From: Nitrospira sp.
Lineage (GTDB): Bacteria > Patescibacteriota > Minisyncoccia > Phycocordibacterales > DATDWN01
Length of the DNA: 26,063 nt
Direction of reading: 5' to 3'
Assembly: GCA_040079895.1 (NCBI GenBank)
Contig: JBEBJM010000001.1
Location: 1 to 26,063 of the forward strand
Within the stretch, counting starts at the first letter, position 1; every line of letters begins with the position of its first letter. The translations under genes and the position numbers were made by a program. A model generated the notes under the pieces. It did not search any database, was not told the origin of the DNA, and saw nothing but the letters and a program-made list of their open reading frames with translations. Positions 1-8,910 of this stretch are shown piece after piece.

Positions 1-694
1 GAACCAAAAGAACTACAGAAGGTATAGCCACCAACACAGAACTAACGAAAAAATGCCAGATCAGTATTCCTGCAACTCCACCGACAACGCCACCGCCCCA
101 CCAAGATTTTGATCTAGCCAAAGCAGAAAGAACTACTTGAAAAGCCACAATAACAAACCAGAAGACGAACTCCCAGTTGGTGTTACTTTTTGTTTGTGAA
201 CCATTTTCTGGAACCACGTTTTGCCCACCTAGCGCCTGTATCATTTTATCTACCGCACTGTTTATACCGCCATAATAATCTCCCGAACGAAAAGCTGGAG
301 TAATAACATCGCTCTGTATATATGATGTCGCTATATCAGTTAGGTCACCCTCTACACCGTAGCCTGTATGTATTCTGGTTTTTCTGTCTGATAGAGATAC
401 AAGAAGTAAAACACCGTTATTTTTACCTGCTTTTCCTATTCCCCACTTTGTAAAAATATCTTGAGCGACATTTTCGACAGTATCACCATCAAGCGATGGC
501 ACGGTCACAACAGCGATCTCATTCGTACTATTTTTTTCAAAAGCTTCAAGTTTTGTCTCCAGTTGGTTTATTTGTGCTGGAGAAAGCATACCGGCATAGT
601 CCTGAACAAAACCTGTTGGTTTTGCTGGTACAACAAAAGCTAAAACAAGAGCAGGAAAAAATAGAAAACTAAATAATGCAAAAAGTTTTTGCAT
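1..694 (-). CDS. TPM (YgcG-like) domain membrane protein, truncated by the window edge
   Basis: Not in the ORF track; translated by hand from ATG at 694: MQKLFALFSFLFFPALVLAFVVPAKPTGFVQDYAGML...IAVVTVPSLDGDTVE...KWGIGKAGKNNGVLLLVSLSDRKTRIHTGYGVEGDLTD. This is a typical TPM motif set, and the gene lies directly downstream of lemA. Confidence 0.88.
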   Translation of the reverse strand, partial: MQKLFALFSFLFFPALVLAFVVPAKPTGFVQDYAGMLSPAQINQLETKLEAFEKNSTNEIAVVTVPSLDGDTVENVAQDIFTKWGIGKAGKNNGVLLLVSLSDRKTRIHTGYGVEGDLTDIATSYIQSDVITPAFRSGDYYGGINSAVDKMIQALGGQNVVPENGSQTKSNTNWEFVFWFVIVAFQVVLSALARSKSWWGGGVVGGVAGILIWHFFVSSVLVAIPSVVLLV

Positions 695-702
695 AAAAAG
701 TT

Positions 703-1290
703 CTAGTTAGTGAAATCAACTTTTGGAGTAGCCTTTGCTGTCTCTGGTACGTTAAAGTATTCACGAGCTTCTACACCGAAAATCTTTGCGACTAGAGAAG
801 TTGGAAATGTTTTGACGTTTGTATCAAACACACGAACCAGGTCGTTGTATTTCATTCTCTCAACAGCCAAGCGGTTTTCTGTTCCCTCTAGTGACACGAT
901 CAAATCCCTATATGCACCAGAAGACTGCAATACTGGGTAGTTCTCCGCAATAACCAAAAGGCGTCCGAGAGCACCCTCAACTTGTGTTGCAGCTTTTGCT
1001 TTTTCATCAGGAGTTAGAGCTCCAGAGTATCTTGTGCGAGCTTCTGCTATCGCTCCGAACACGTCTTGTTCTTGTTTTGCTACACCTTTTACTGTTTCAA
1101 CAACATTTGGTATCAAATCAAAACGTCGTTGTAGTTGGTTATCTACTTGTGCCCATTGAGCTGTTATAGCTTCACCCTGTTTTACAAAAGTGTTGTATTT
1201 TGAAACACCCCAAAGTACAACTAGTACGATAACACCCAAAACAACTAGCATTTTTATATTTCTCTGGAAAAAGTTTTTTTCTTCTAACAT
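703..1290 (-). CDS. lemA: LemA family protein
   Basis: N-terminal TM helix; WAQVDNQLQRRFDLIPNVVETVKG, ENYPVL and EGTENRLAVERMKYND motifs. Confidence 0.95.
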   Translation of the reverse strand: MLEEKNFFQRNIKMLVVLGVIVLVVLWGVSKYNTFVKQGEAITAQWAQVDNQLQRRFDLIPNVVETVKGVAKQEQDVFGAIAEARTRYSGALTPDEKAKAATQVEGALGRLLVIAENYPVLQSSGAYRDLIVSLEGTENRLAVERMKYNDLVRVFDTNVKTFPTSLVAKIFGVEAREYFNVPETAKATPKVDFTN

Positions 1291-1296
1291 TTTTAT

Positions 1297-1331
1297 AATG
1301 AATTAAGAATAATGAATATTGAATAATGAAC
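1297..1331. repeat. Degenerate 7-bp tandem repeat x5 (consensus AATGAAT)
   Basis: aatgaat-taagaat-aatgaat-attgaat-aatgaac read directly in the lemA-groEL spacer. Confidence 0.6.
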
Positions 1332-1345
1332 GAATTATATCACAA

Positions 1346-2989
<1,644 letters not shown>

Positions 2990-3013
2990 TTATAAAATTT
3001 GTAAAGTTGAAAG

Positions 3014-3137
3014 TAAATCTCGTCGAGTCATATTTTTTTCTAGTATCTGCGGAACCTGTGAAAAGGTGAGCGGAAAGAAAATTTTGAGCACAAAATTATT
3101 CTGTTACTAGAAAAAATTATGAGGAGAAAGAGATTTA
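3014..3137. repeat. 124-bp imperfect intergenic palindrome between groES and groEL
   Basis: Outer arms TAAATCTC (3014-3021) / GAGATTTA (3130-3137); inner arms 3028-3045 / 3105-3122 pair at 17 of 18 positions. Confidence 0.75.
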
Positions 3138-3143
3138 AACATA

Positions 3144-3533
3144 TTATCTTAAAATTGCTAAAATATTTTCTTCTTTTATCAGGAAAAGCTCTTGGCCATC
3201 TATATTTATATCCTCATAACCATACTTTGAGAAAGCGACTCTGTCGCCAACTTTTACAGAAACAGGAACTAGCTTACCGTCACGACACTCTCCAGAACCA
3301 ACAGCTAAAACCATACCCTGCTCTGACTTTTCTTTCCCAGAATCAGGCAATATGATACCGAAAGAGTTTTTTGGTGTAAGCTCCTCTTTTGTAAAAGGTT
3401 TTATGAGAACTCTGTTACCCAAAGGTTGTATCTTTGAATCCGAAACGGTTGTGACTTTTTTAGCCACCACAGTATTCTTCTTTTTTGGTGACTTCGTTAC
3501 TTTTTTTGTAGGTTTTTTATTGGTCTTTTTCAT
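3144..3533 (-). CDS. groES: Co-chaperonin GroES with Lys-rich N-terminal extension
   Basis: KIQPLGNRVLIKP...GIILPDSGKEKSEQGMVLAVGSG...VKVGDRVAFSKYG...LIKEENILAIL; adjacent to groEL. Confidence 0.97.
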   Translation of the reverse strand: MKKTNKKPTKKVTKSPKKKNTVVAKKVTTVSDSKIQPLGNRVLIKPFTKEELTPKNSFGIILPDSGKEKSEQGMVLAVGSGECRDGKLVPVSVKVGDRVAFSKYGYEDINIDGQELFLIKEENILAILR

Positions 3534-3578
3534 ATGCGTATACTACATTAAACTAATAAAAAATACTTGGATGGCGAT

Positions 3579-3607
3579 ATTATAGTTACGTATCGGTAAA
3601 CCGTCAA
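3579..3607 (-). promoter_or_regulatory. Sigma70-type promoter for groES-groEL
   Basis: Minus strand TTGACG (3607-3602), 17-nt spacer, TATAAT (3584-3579). Confidence 0.75.
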
Positions 3608-3644
3608 CAATACGTGGGTTGCTATTTATCTGGTTTCTGGTAAT

Positions 3645-3887
3645 ATGGACACCATCATGAGTATTACTGAAAGTATCCCATATATTCAGATTGTATTGTC
3701 TATACTCCTTATTTTAGGCGTACTACTACAGCAATCCGAGGCAGGTTTGGGTGGAGCATTTGGAGGCGGTGACGCTTTCTCATCTGGCTACCACACAAAA
3801 CGAGGTGCGGAAAAAACAATTTTTATTGCTACTATTATAATAGCAGTATTGTTTGCCGTGACCTCTTTCAGTCTACTCCTAATATAA
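3645..3887 (+). CDS. secG: Preprotein translocase subunit SecG (true start may be the ATG at 3657)
   Basis: Two TM helices flanking LLQQSEAGLGGAFGG...HTKRGAEKTIF. Confidence 0.92.
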   Translation: MDTIMSITESIPYIQIVLSILLILGVLLQQSEAGLGGAFGGGDAFSSGYHTKRGAEKTIFIATIIIAVLFAVTSFSLLLI

Positions 3888-4010
3888 AACTTCCAAATAT
3901 AGCGCATTTCTTTGTCGCTTCAATTTTTTGGCTCCACGCGCAGTACTCTTGTACAGCTTGGTCACCAAAAAATCTTGCTCCGCGAACTGCATCTATATTT
4001 GAAACTTTTA
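3885..4010. repeat. 126-bp imperfect palindrome with central GTACTCTTGTAC (REP/MITE-like, copy A)
   Basis: Arms 3885-3902 / 3993-4010 pair at 16 of 18; inner ATTTTTTGG (3923-3931) / CCAAAAAAT (3965-3973); core at 3943-3954. Confidence 0.75.
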
Positions 4011-4055
4011 AAAGTTTTCATAATTTTTCATTAAAAATAAACATATTTTATTCCT

Positions 4056-5798
4056 GTGAACCAAGAACAAATAAATCAAAAAATCAAAAAATGGAGAGTT
4101 CCGTATTCGGATAAGCTTATAAAAATAATAGACGCTTTCTCTCTGACCGAAAAAGTACTATTTTTCTCTTTTGTAACAATCTTCGCTTTGAGTGGAGTTA
4201 CTTTGTTGTACCAACTAAACAAAGCTTTTATGGTAGAGGTGCCGGATTATGGAGGAACTTTGACTGAAGGTGTTATAGGTTCTCCTCGTTTTATAAACCC
4301 GATATTGGCATCCAGTGATACAGACAAAGATTTATCTTCGCTTGTATACTCTGGTCTCCTAAAAGAAAACCGTGATGGAGAGCTGGTAACAGATCTCGCA
4401 GAATCTTATTTCATATCAGGAGACAACTTAACATATACTTTTGTACTAAAAGATAAAATATATTTTCACGATGGAACAAAAATAACAGCTGACGATATTG
4501 TGTTCACAATAGAAAAAGCTCAAGACCCGGATCTAAAAAGTCCACGTAAAGCGAACTGGGACGGAGTAAAAGTTGAGAGGATAGATGAAAGAAGAGTTTC
4601 TTTTACACTAAAGCAACCATACTCACCTTTTATACAAAATATGACTCTCGGCATACTACCTAAACACATCTGGAAATCAGCTAGTATCGAAGAGTTCCCT
4701 TTTAGCCAGTACAACACAAAACCTGTTGGCTCTGGAGAATACAAAGTGGACAACATATCATACACAGGAAGTGGTCTGCCTTCACAATACACCCTAAAAG
4801 CATACAACAAATATGCCCTCGGAGAACCGTACATCACAAACCTGATCATAAAAACATATCAAAACGAAAAAGACCTAACTGATGCTTACAAAAAAGGAGA
4901 TGTAGAAAGTCTGCATAGTATTTCACCAAAACAGTTACCAGAACTCAAAATAAAAGATGACCAAATAATCCTTTCGCCTCTACCTAGAATATTCGGGGTA
5001 TTTTTCAACCAAAACGTAGCCCCATCACTAGTATACAAAGAGGTTCGCCAAGCTCTGGATATGGCAACTGATAAGCAAGCAATAATAGATAACGTTATCG
5101 GCGGAATGGGACAAATAATAGATAGTCCAGTTCCAAAAGAAACTGTTCTAGAAAACAAATCTGTAAAGACTAGTCGCCTAGAAGAAGCAAAGGCTCTACT
5201 ATCTAAAAACGGATGGAAAGCAAACGCTGATGGTGTACTACAAAAGAAAGATAAAAAGAGCACTGCCACACTGGCGTTCTCCATCTCGACCGGAGACGCC
5301 CCAGAGTTAAAAGAAGCCGCTATGCTTTTGAAAAAACAATGGGAAGCTTTAGGGGCAAGGGTTGATGTGAAAATATTTGAGATCGGAGATTTAAACCAAA
5401 ACATTATACGCCCAAGAAAATACGATGCCCTACTGTTTGGAGAGGTTGTCGGAAAAGATCTAGACTTGTATCCATTCTGGCATTCATCTCAAAGAAACAC
5501 TCCCGGACTAAACATAGCTATGTACACAAACATAAAAGTAGACAGGATTCTAGAAAACATAAGAAAGACAACAGACAAAGATGAGCAGAAGAAATACATT
5601 GAAAACTTTGATAAAGAAATAAAAAACGATACTCCAGCGGTGTTCACATACTCACCATACTTTATATATATCGTTCCTAAAAAAGTTCACAATGTAAATC
5701 TAGGAGTACTGACGACACCCGGTGAAAGGTTCAATGATGTAAAGGATTGGTATATAGAAACAAATAACGTATGGAAAATATTTAAAGGAAAAAATTAA
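4056..5798 (+). CDS. Peptide/nickel ABC transporter substrate-binding protein (SBP family 5, OppA/DppA-like), membrane anchored
   Basis: N-terminal TM; GGTLTEGVIGSPRFINPIL, LVYSGLLK, DLAESY, TYTFVLKDKIYFHDGTKITADDIVFT, PVGSGEYK. GTG start. Confidence 0.9.
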   Translation: MNQEQINQKIKKWRVPYSDKLIKIIDAFSLTEKVLFFSFVTIFALSGVTLLYQLNKAFMVEVPDYGGTLTEGVIGSPRFINPILASSDTDKDLSSLVYSGLLKENRDGELVTDLAESYFISGDNLTYTFVLKDKIYFHDGTKITADDIVFTIEKAQDPDLKSPRKANWDGVKVERIDERRVSFTLKQPYSPFIQNMTLGILPKHIWKSASIEEFPFSQYNTKPVGSGEYKVDNISYTGSGLPSQYTLKAYNKYALGEPYITNLIIKTYQNEKDLTDAYKKGDVESLHSISPKQLPELKIKDDQIILSPLPRIFGVFFNQNVAPSLVYKEVRQALDMATDKQAIIDNVIGGMGQIIDSPVPKETVLENKSVKTSRLEEAKALLSKNGWKANADGVLQKKDKKSTATLAFSISTGDAPELKEAAMLLKKQWEALGARVDVKIFEIGDLNQNIIRPRKYDALLFGEVVGKDLDLYPFWHSSQRNTPGLNIAMYTNIKVDRILENIRKTTDKDEQKKYIENFDKEIKNDTPAVFTYSPYFIYIVPKKVHNVNLGVLTTPGERFNDVKDWYIETNNVWKIFKGKN

Positions 5799-5815
5799 AC
5801 ATTAAAATTAAAAAC

Positions 5816-7645
5816 ATGGAAGAATCAACTAAACAAACAACAGAACACGCAAATACAACTGGCAGAGATCACGTGTCTCACTCAAGACGCCAGTTCCCAA
5901 AGAGACCATTCTCACACAGAGAAGCCCCTCTTCGTACTGTCAAAAAACATGACGTTATACCACCTGTTGGAGACAACATCCGCATCATACCTTTGGGTGG
6001 AGTTGAGGAGGTTGGAAGAAATATGACAATGATAGAGTACAAAGACGATATCATCGTTATAGATATGGGTTTCATGTTTAAAGATGACGATACACCTGGA
6101 ATCGACTATATTCTTCCGAACACAAAATACCTAGAAGATAGAAAAGACAAAGTCAGAGGTGTAATAATAACCCACGGACACTTGGACCACATAGGAGGCA
6201 TACCTTATATTATGGATCGTATTGGTAACCCACCTCTATACACAAGAGCTCTTTCGTCTGTAATGGTTAAGAAGAGACAAGAGGAGTTCCCTCATATGCC
6301 AGCTCTCGACATAAAAGTTATAGAAAAAGAAGACACGATAACTCTAGGAAAACTCCGAGTGAGATTCTTTAATGTTACACACACTATACCTGATTCTATG
6401 GGGGTTATTATCGATACACCTTATGGATCTATAGTTACACCGGGAGATATAAAACTTGATCACATAGACGAGATACCTACAGAAGCGGAGGAAAAAGAGT
6501 TTGATAAGTTTAAAAATGAAAATGTCCTTTGTCTACTTATGGACTCAACGAACGTAGATAACCCTGGCTTTTCTACACCAGAAAGAGTCGTGCACGAAAA
6601 CCTCGATAACATAATCAAAAACACAAAAGGAAGACTTGTTATAGGAACTTTCGCTTCTCAACTAGAACGTGTGATGAAAATCATAATGATTGCAGAAAAA
6701 TACGGTAAAAAAATCGTAGTGGAAGGACGTAGTATGAAAACCAATATTGATATCGTTCTCAATATGGGAATGTTAAAGGTAAAACCTGAAACAATCATCA
6801 CAACAGCCGAGATGGAAAACTATGCCCCAGATAGAATCATTGTTATCGCAACGGGTGCCCAAGGAGATGCTTTTGCAGCTCTTATGAGAATGTCTAACAA
6901 GACACATAAATACTTCAAAATAACACCTAGAGATACAATACTACTCTCTGCGTCTATCGTTCCTGGAAACGAAAGAGCTGTTCAAAAACTAAAAGATAAC
7001 ATCGCTAGACAAGGAGCAAAAATAATCCACTACCGAACATCTGACGTTTACATCCACTCAACAGGTCACGGAAACCGCGGAGAGTTGGAGTGGCTACATA
7101 AAAAAATAGGTGCAAAGTTCTTTGTGCCAATACACGGAACCCACTATATGCTCCGTGTTCATGAAGACCTAGCTCTATCTTTGGGTATGCCAAAAGAGAA
7201 CATAATCGTTCCAGACAACGGCTCTATTTTGGAAATACAAGATGAAGGTAAAAAATTTGTTCGACTAAAAGAAGAAGCTCCTAGTAACATAATGATGGTA
7301 GACGGTTTCTCTGTCGGTGACGTTCAAGAGATGGTTATAAGAGACAGAAAAATGCTAGCTCAAGACGGTATTTTCGTTATCGTAGTTAGTGTGAACGCAA
7401 AAACTGGTAAGCTAAAAAAATCCCCAGACATTATTGCTCGAGGATTCGTCTACGTTCGAGAATCACAAGACCTACTAACACAAGCCAGAATGGTTATAAA
7501 GAAAACTGTAGAAGATACTACTCACGGTATGAACCCTATCAACTTTGATTTCGTAAAAGCAAACCTCTCTGACAACGTTGGAAGATTCTTGTTCCAAAAA
7601 ACAGCAAAAAAACCAATGGTTATTCCTGTAATCTTGGGAGTGTAA
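5816..7645 (+). CDS. rnj: Ribonuclease J
   Basis: RIIPLGGVEEVGRNM, THGHLDHIGG (MBL HxHxDH), HTIPDS, HSTGHG, FVPIHG, PMVIPVIL. Confidence 0.97.
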   Translation: MEESTKQTTEHANTTGRDHVSHSRRQFPKRPFSHREAPLRTVKKHDVIPPVGDNIRIIPLGGVEEVGRNMTMIEYKDDIIVIDMGFMFKDDDTPGIDYILPNTKYLEDRKDKVRGVIITHGHLDHIGGIPYIMDRIGNPPLYTRALSSVMVKKRQEEFPHMPALDIKVIEKEDTITLGKLRVRFFNVTHTIPDSMGVIIDTPYGSIVTPGDIKLDHIDEIPTEAEEKEFDKFKNENVLCLLMDSTNVDNPGFSTPERVVHENLDNIIKNTKGRLVIGTFASQLERVMKIIMIAEKYGKKIVVEGRSMKTNIDIVLNMGMLKVKPETIITTAEMENYAPDRIIVIATGAQGDAFAALMRMSNKTHKYFKITPRDTILLSASIVPGNERAVQKLKDNIARQGAKIIHYRTSDVYIHSTGHGNRGELEWLHKKIGAKFFVPIHGTHYMLRVHEDLALSLGMPKENIIVPDNGSILEIQDEGKKFVRLKEEAPSNIMMVDGFSVGDVQEMVIRDRKMLAQDGIFVIVVSVNAKTGKLKKSPDIIARGFVYVRESQDLLTQARMVIKKTVEDTTHGMNPINFDFVKANLSDNVGRFLFQKTAKKPMVIPVILGV

Positions 7646-7716
7646 ATATTCGCGACACAAAGTCTAATCTCCTCATATATTTTAGGAAAAGATTTCGTTC
7701 TATTTTATTTTTGCGC

Positions 7717-7722
7717 TACAAT
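7717..7722 (+). promoter_or_regulatory. -10 element of a probable leaderless promoter
   Basis: TACAAT 7 nt upstream of the ATG at 7730. Confidence 0.5.
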
Positions 7723-7729
7723 ATAGTGC

Positions 7730-8905
7730 ATGGATCGAATACTATTCCCTTTCAAGCAAAGTAAACTTCTAAACACTCTTTTCCTATCTAACGTCTTTAT
7801 ATCTTTTCACTATGCTTTAGTGATCTATATTAACTCTTCTTTTTTGAATGGTTTCTTCACTGAAACACAGGTCTCGGCGCTATATATTATTGGATCTATT
7901 ATAGACACAGTACTACTCCTAAACGCCTCAAAAATACTAGAAAAAATAGGTAGTTTTAACTTTGCCCTTTCTGTTATTTTGTTAGAGTTTGTTTCTACAG
8001 TTGGAATGGCGTTAGCCTACTCATCTTTTCTAGCTGGTCTATATTTTCTAATACACCTAATATCCATATCTCTTGTCCTTTTCAATATGGACGTCTTTAT
8101 AGAAAACGTCTCTGCGGATACGTCGACAACCGGGAGCGTGCGAGCGACTTATCTGACAATAACAAATATGACTATAGTTTTGGCACCAGTACTACTGTCG
8201 TTTATACTCACCGACAGTCACTACTACTATATCTACATAGCATCAGCTTTGTTTATGCTTCCTTTATGGAACCTAGTAAAAAAGTTCCGTTTTATAGAAA
8301 CAGCAAAAATACACCACATAAAAGTCAAAGAAACTTTATCAGAATATGTTAGAAATAAAGATCTCTACAACATATTTGTCTCGCAGTTTTTGCTCCAGCT
8401 TTTCTACGCATATATGGTTATATACACACCTATATATTTGGAAAAATACATAGGCTTTTCATGGCACGAGATAGGACTGATTTTCACTATAATGCTTTTG
8501 CCTTTTGTATTCTTTGAAGTACCTGTCGGAGAGTTGGCTGATATGAAATACGGAGAAAAGGAGTTTCTAACAATAGGTTTTATTATTATGGGAATATCTA
8601 CTCTTATTATCAGTTTTATCACCACAAAGGACTTCTGGCTCTGGGCAGTGATTCTTTTTGTAACTCGTATAGGTGCGAGTGTCGTCGAGGTTTCAAACGA
8701 AAGTTATTTTTTCAAACAAGTAAACAAAGAGAAAACCGACGTTATTAGTTTTTTCAGAGTAAGCCGTCCAGTGTCGTTTATCGTGGCACCTCTTTTGGCT
8801 ACACTAACTTTTCAATTCATCCCCTTCCAATATATTTTCATCATAATAGGATCTATTATGATTCTCGGCACACATTTTAGTTTAGCTTTGAAAGATACAA
8901 AATAA
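7730..8905 (+). CDS. MFS transporter
   Basis: 391 aa with about 12 hydrophobic segments; ASKILEKIGS and VPVGELADMKYGEK resemble MFS motif A loops. Confidence 0.88.
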   Translation: MDRILFPFKQSKLLNTLFLSNVFISFHYALVIYINSSFLNGFFTETQVSALYIIGSIIDTVLLLNASKILEKIGSFNFALSVILLEFVSTVGMALAYSSFLAGLYFLIHLISISLVLFNMDVFIENVSADTSTTGSVRATYLTITNMTIVLAPVLLSFILTDSHYYYIYIASALFMLPLWNLVKKFRFIETAKIHHIKVKETLSEYVRNKDLYNIFVSQFLLQLFYAYMVIYTPIYLEKYIGFSWHEIGLIFTIMLLPFVFFEVPVGELADMKYGEKEFLTIGFIIMGISTLIISFITTKDFWLWAVILFVTRIGASVVEVSNESYFFKQVNKEKTDVISFFRVSRPVSFIVAPLLATLTFQFIPFQYIFIIIGSIMILGTHFSLALKDTK

Positions 8906-8910
8906 ATATA

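Noticed and set aside
1-1290. lemA-TPM pair as a novel system
   Set aside because: A widespread, well-known gene neighbourhood with nothing unusual here.
3534-3644. CIRCE (HrcA) operator upstream of groES
   Set aside because: No TTAGCACTC-N9-GAGTGCTAA match seen; only a plain sigma70 promoter.
7646-7700. Terminator after rnj
   Set aside because: Only a weak interrupted stem (AATCT-CCT...AGG-AAA-AGATT) with a large loop; not convincing.
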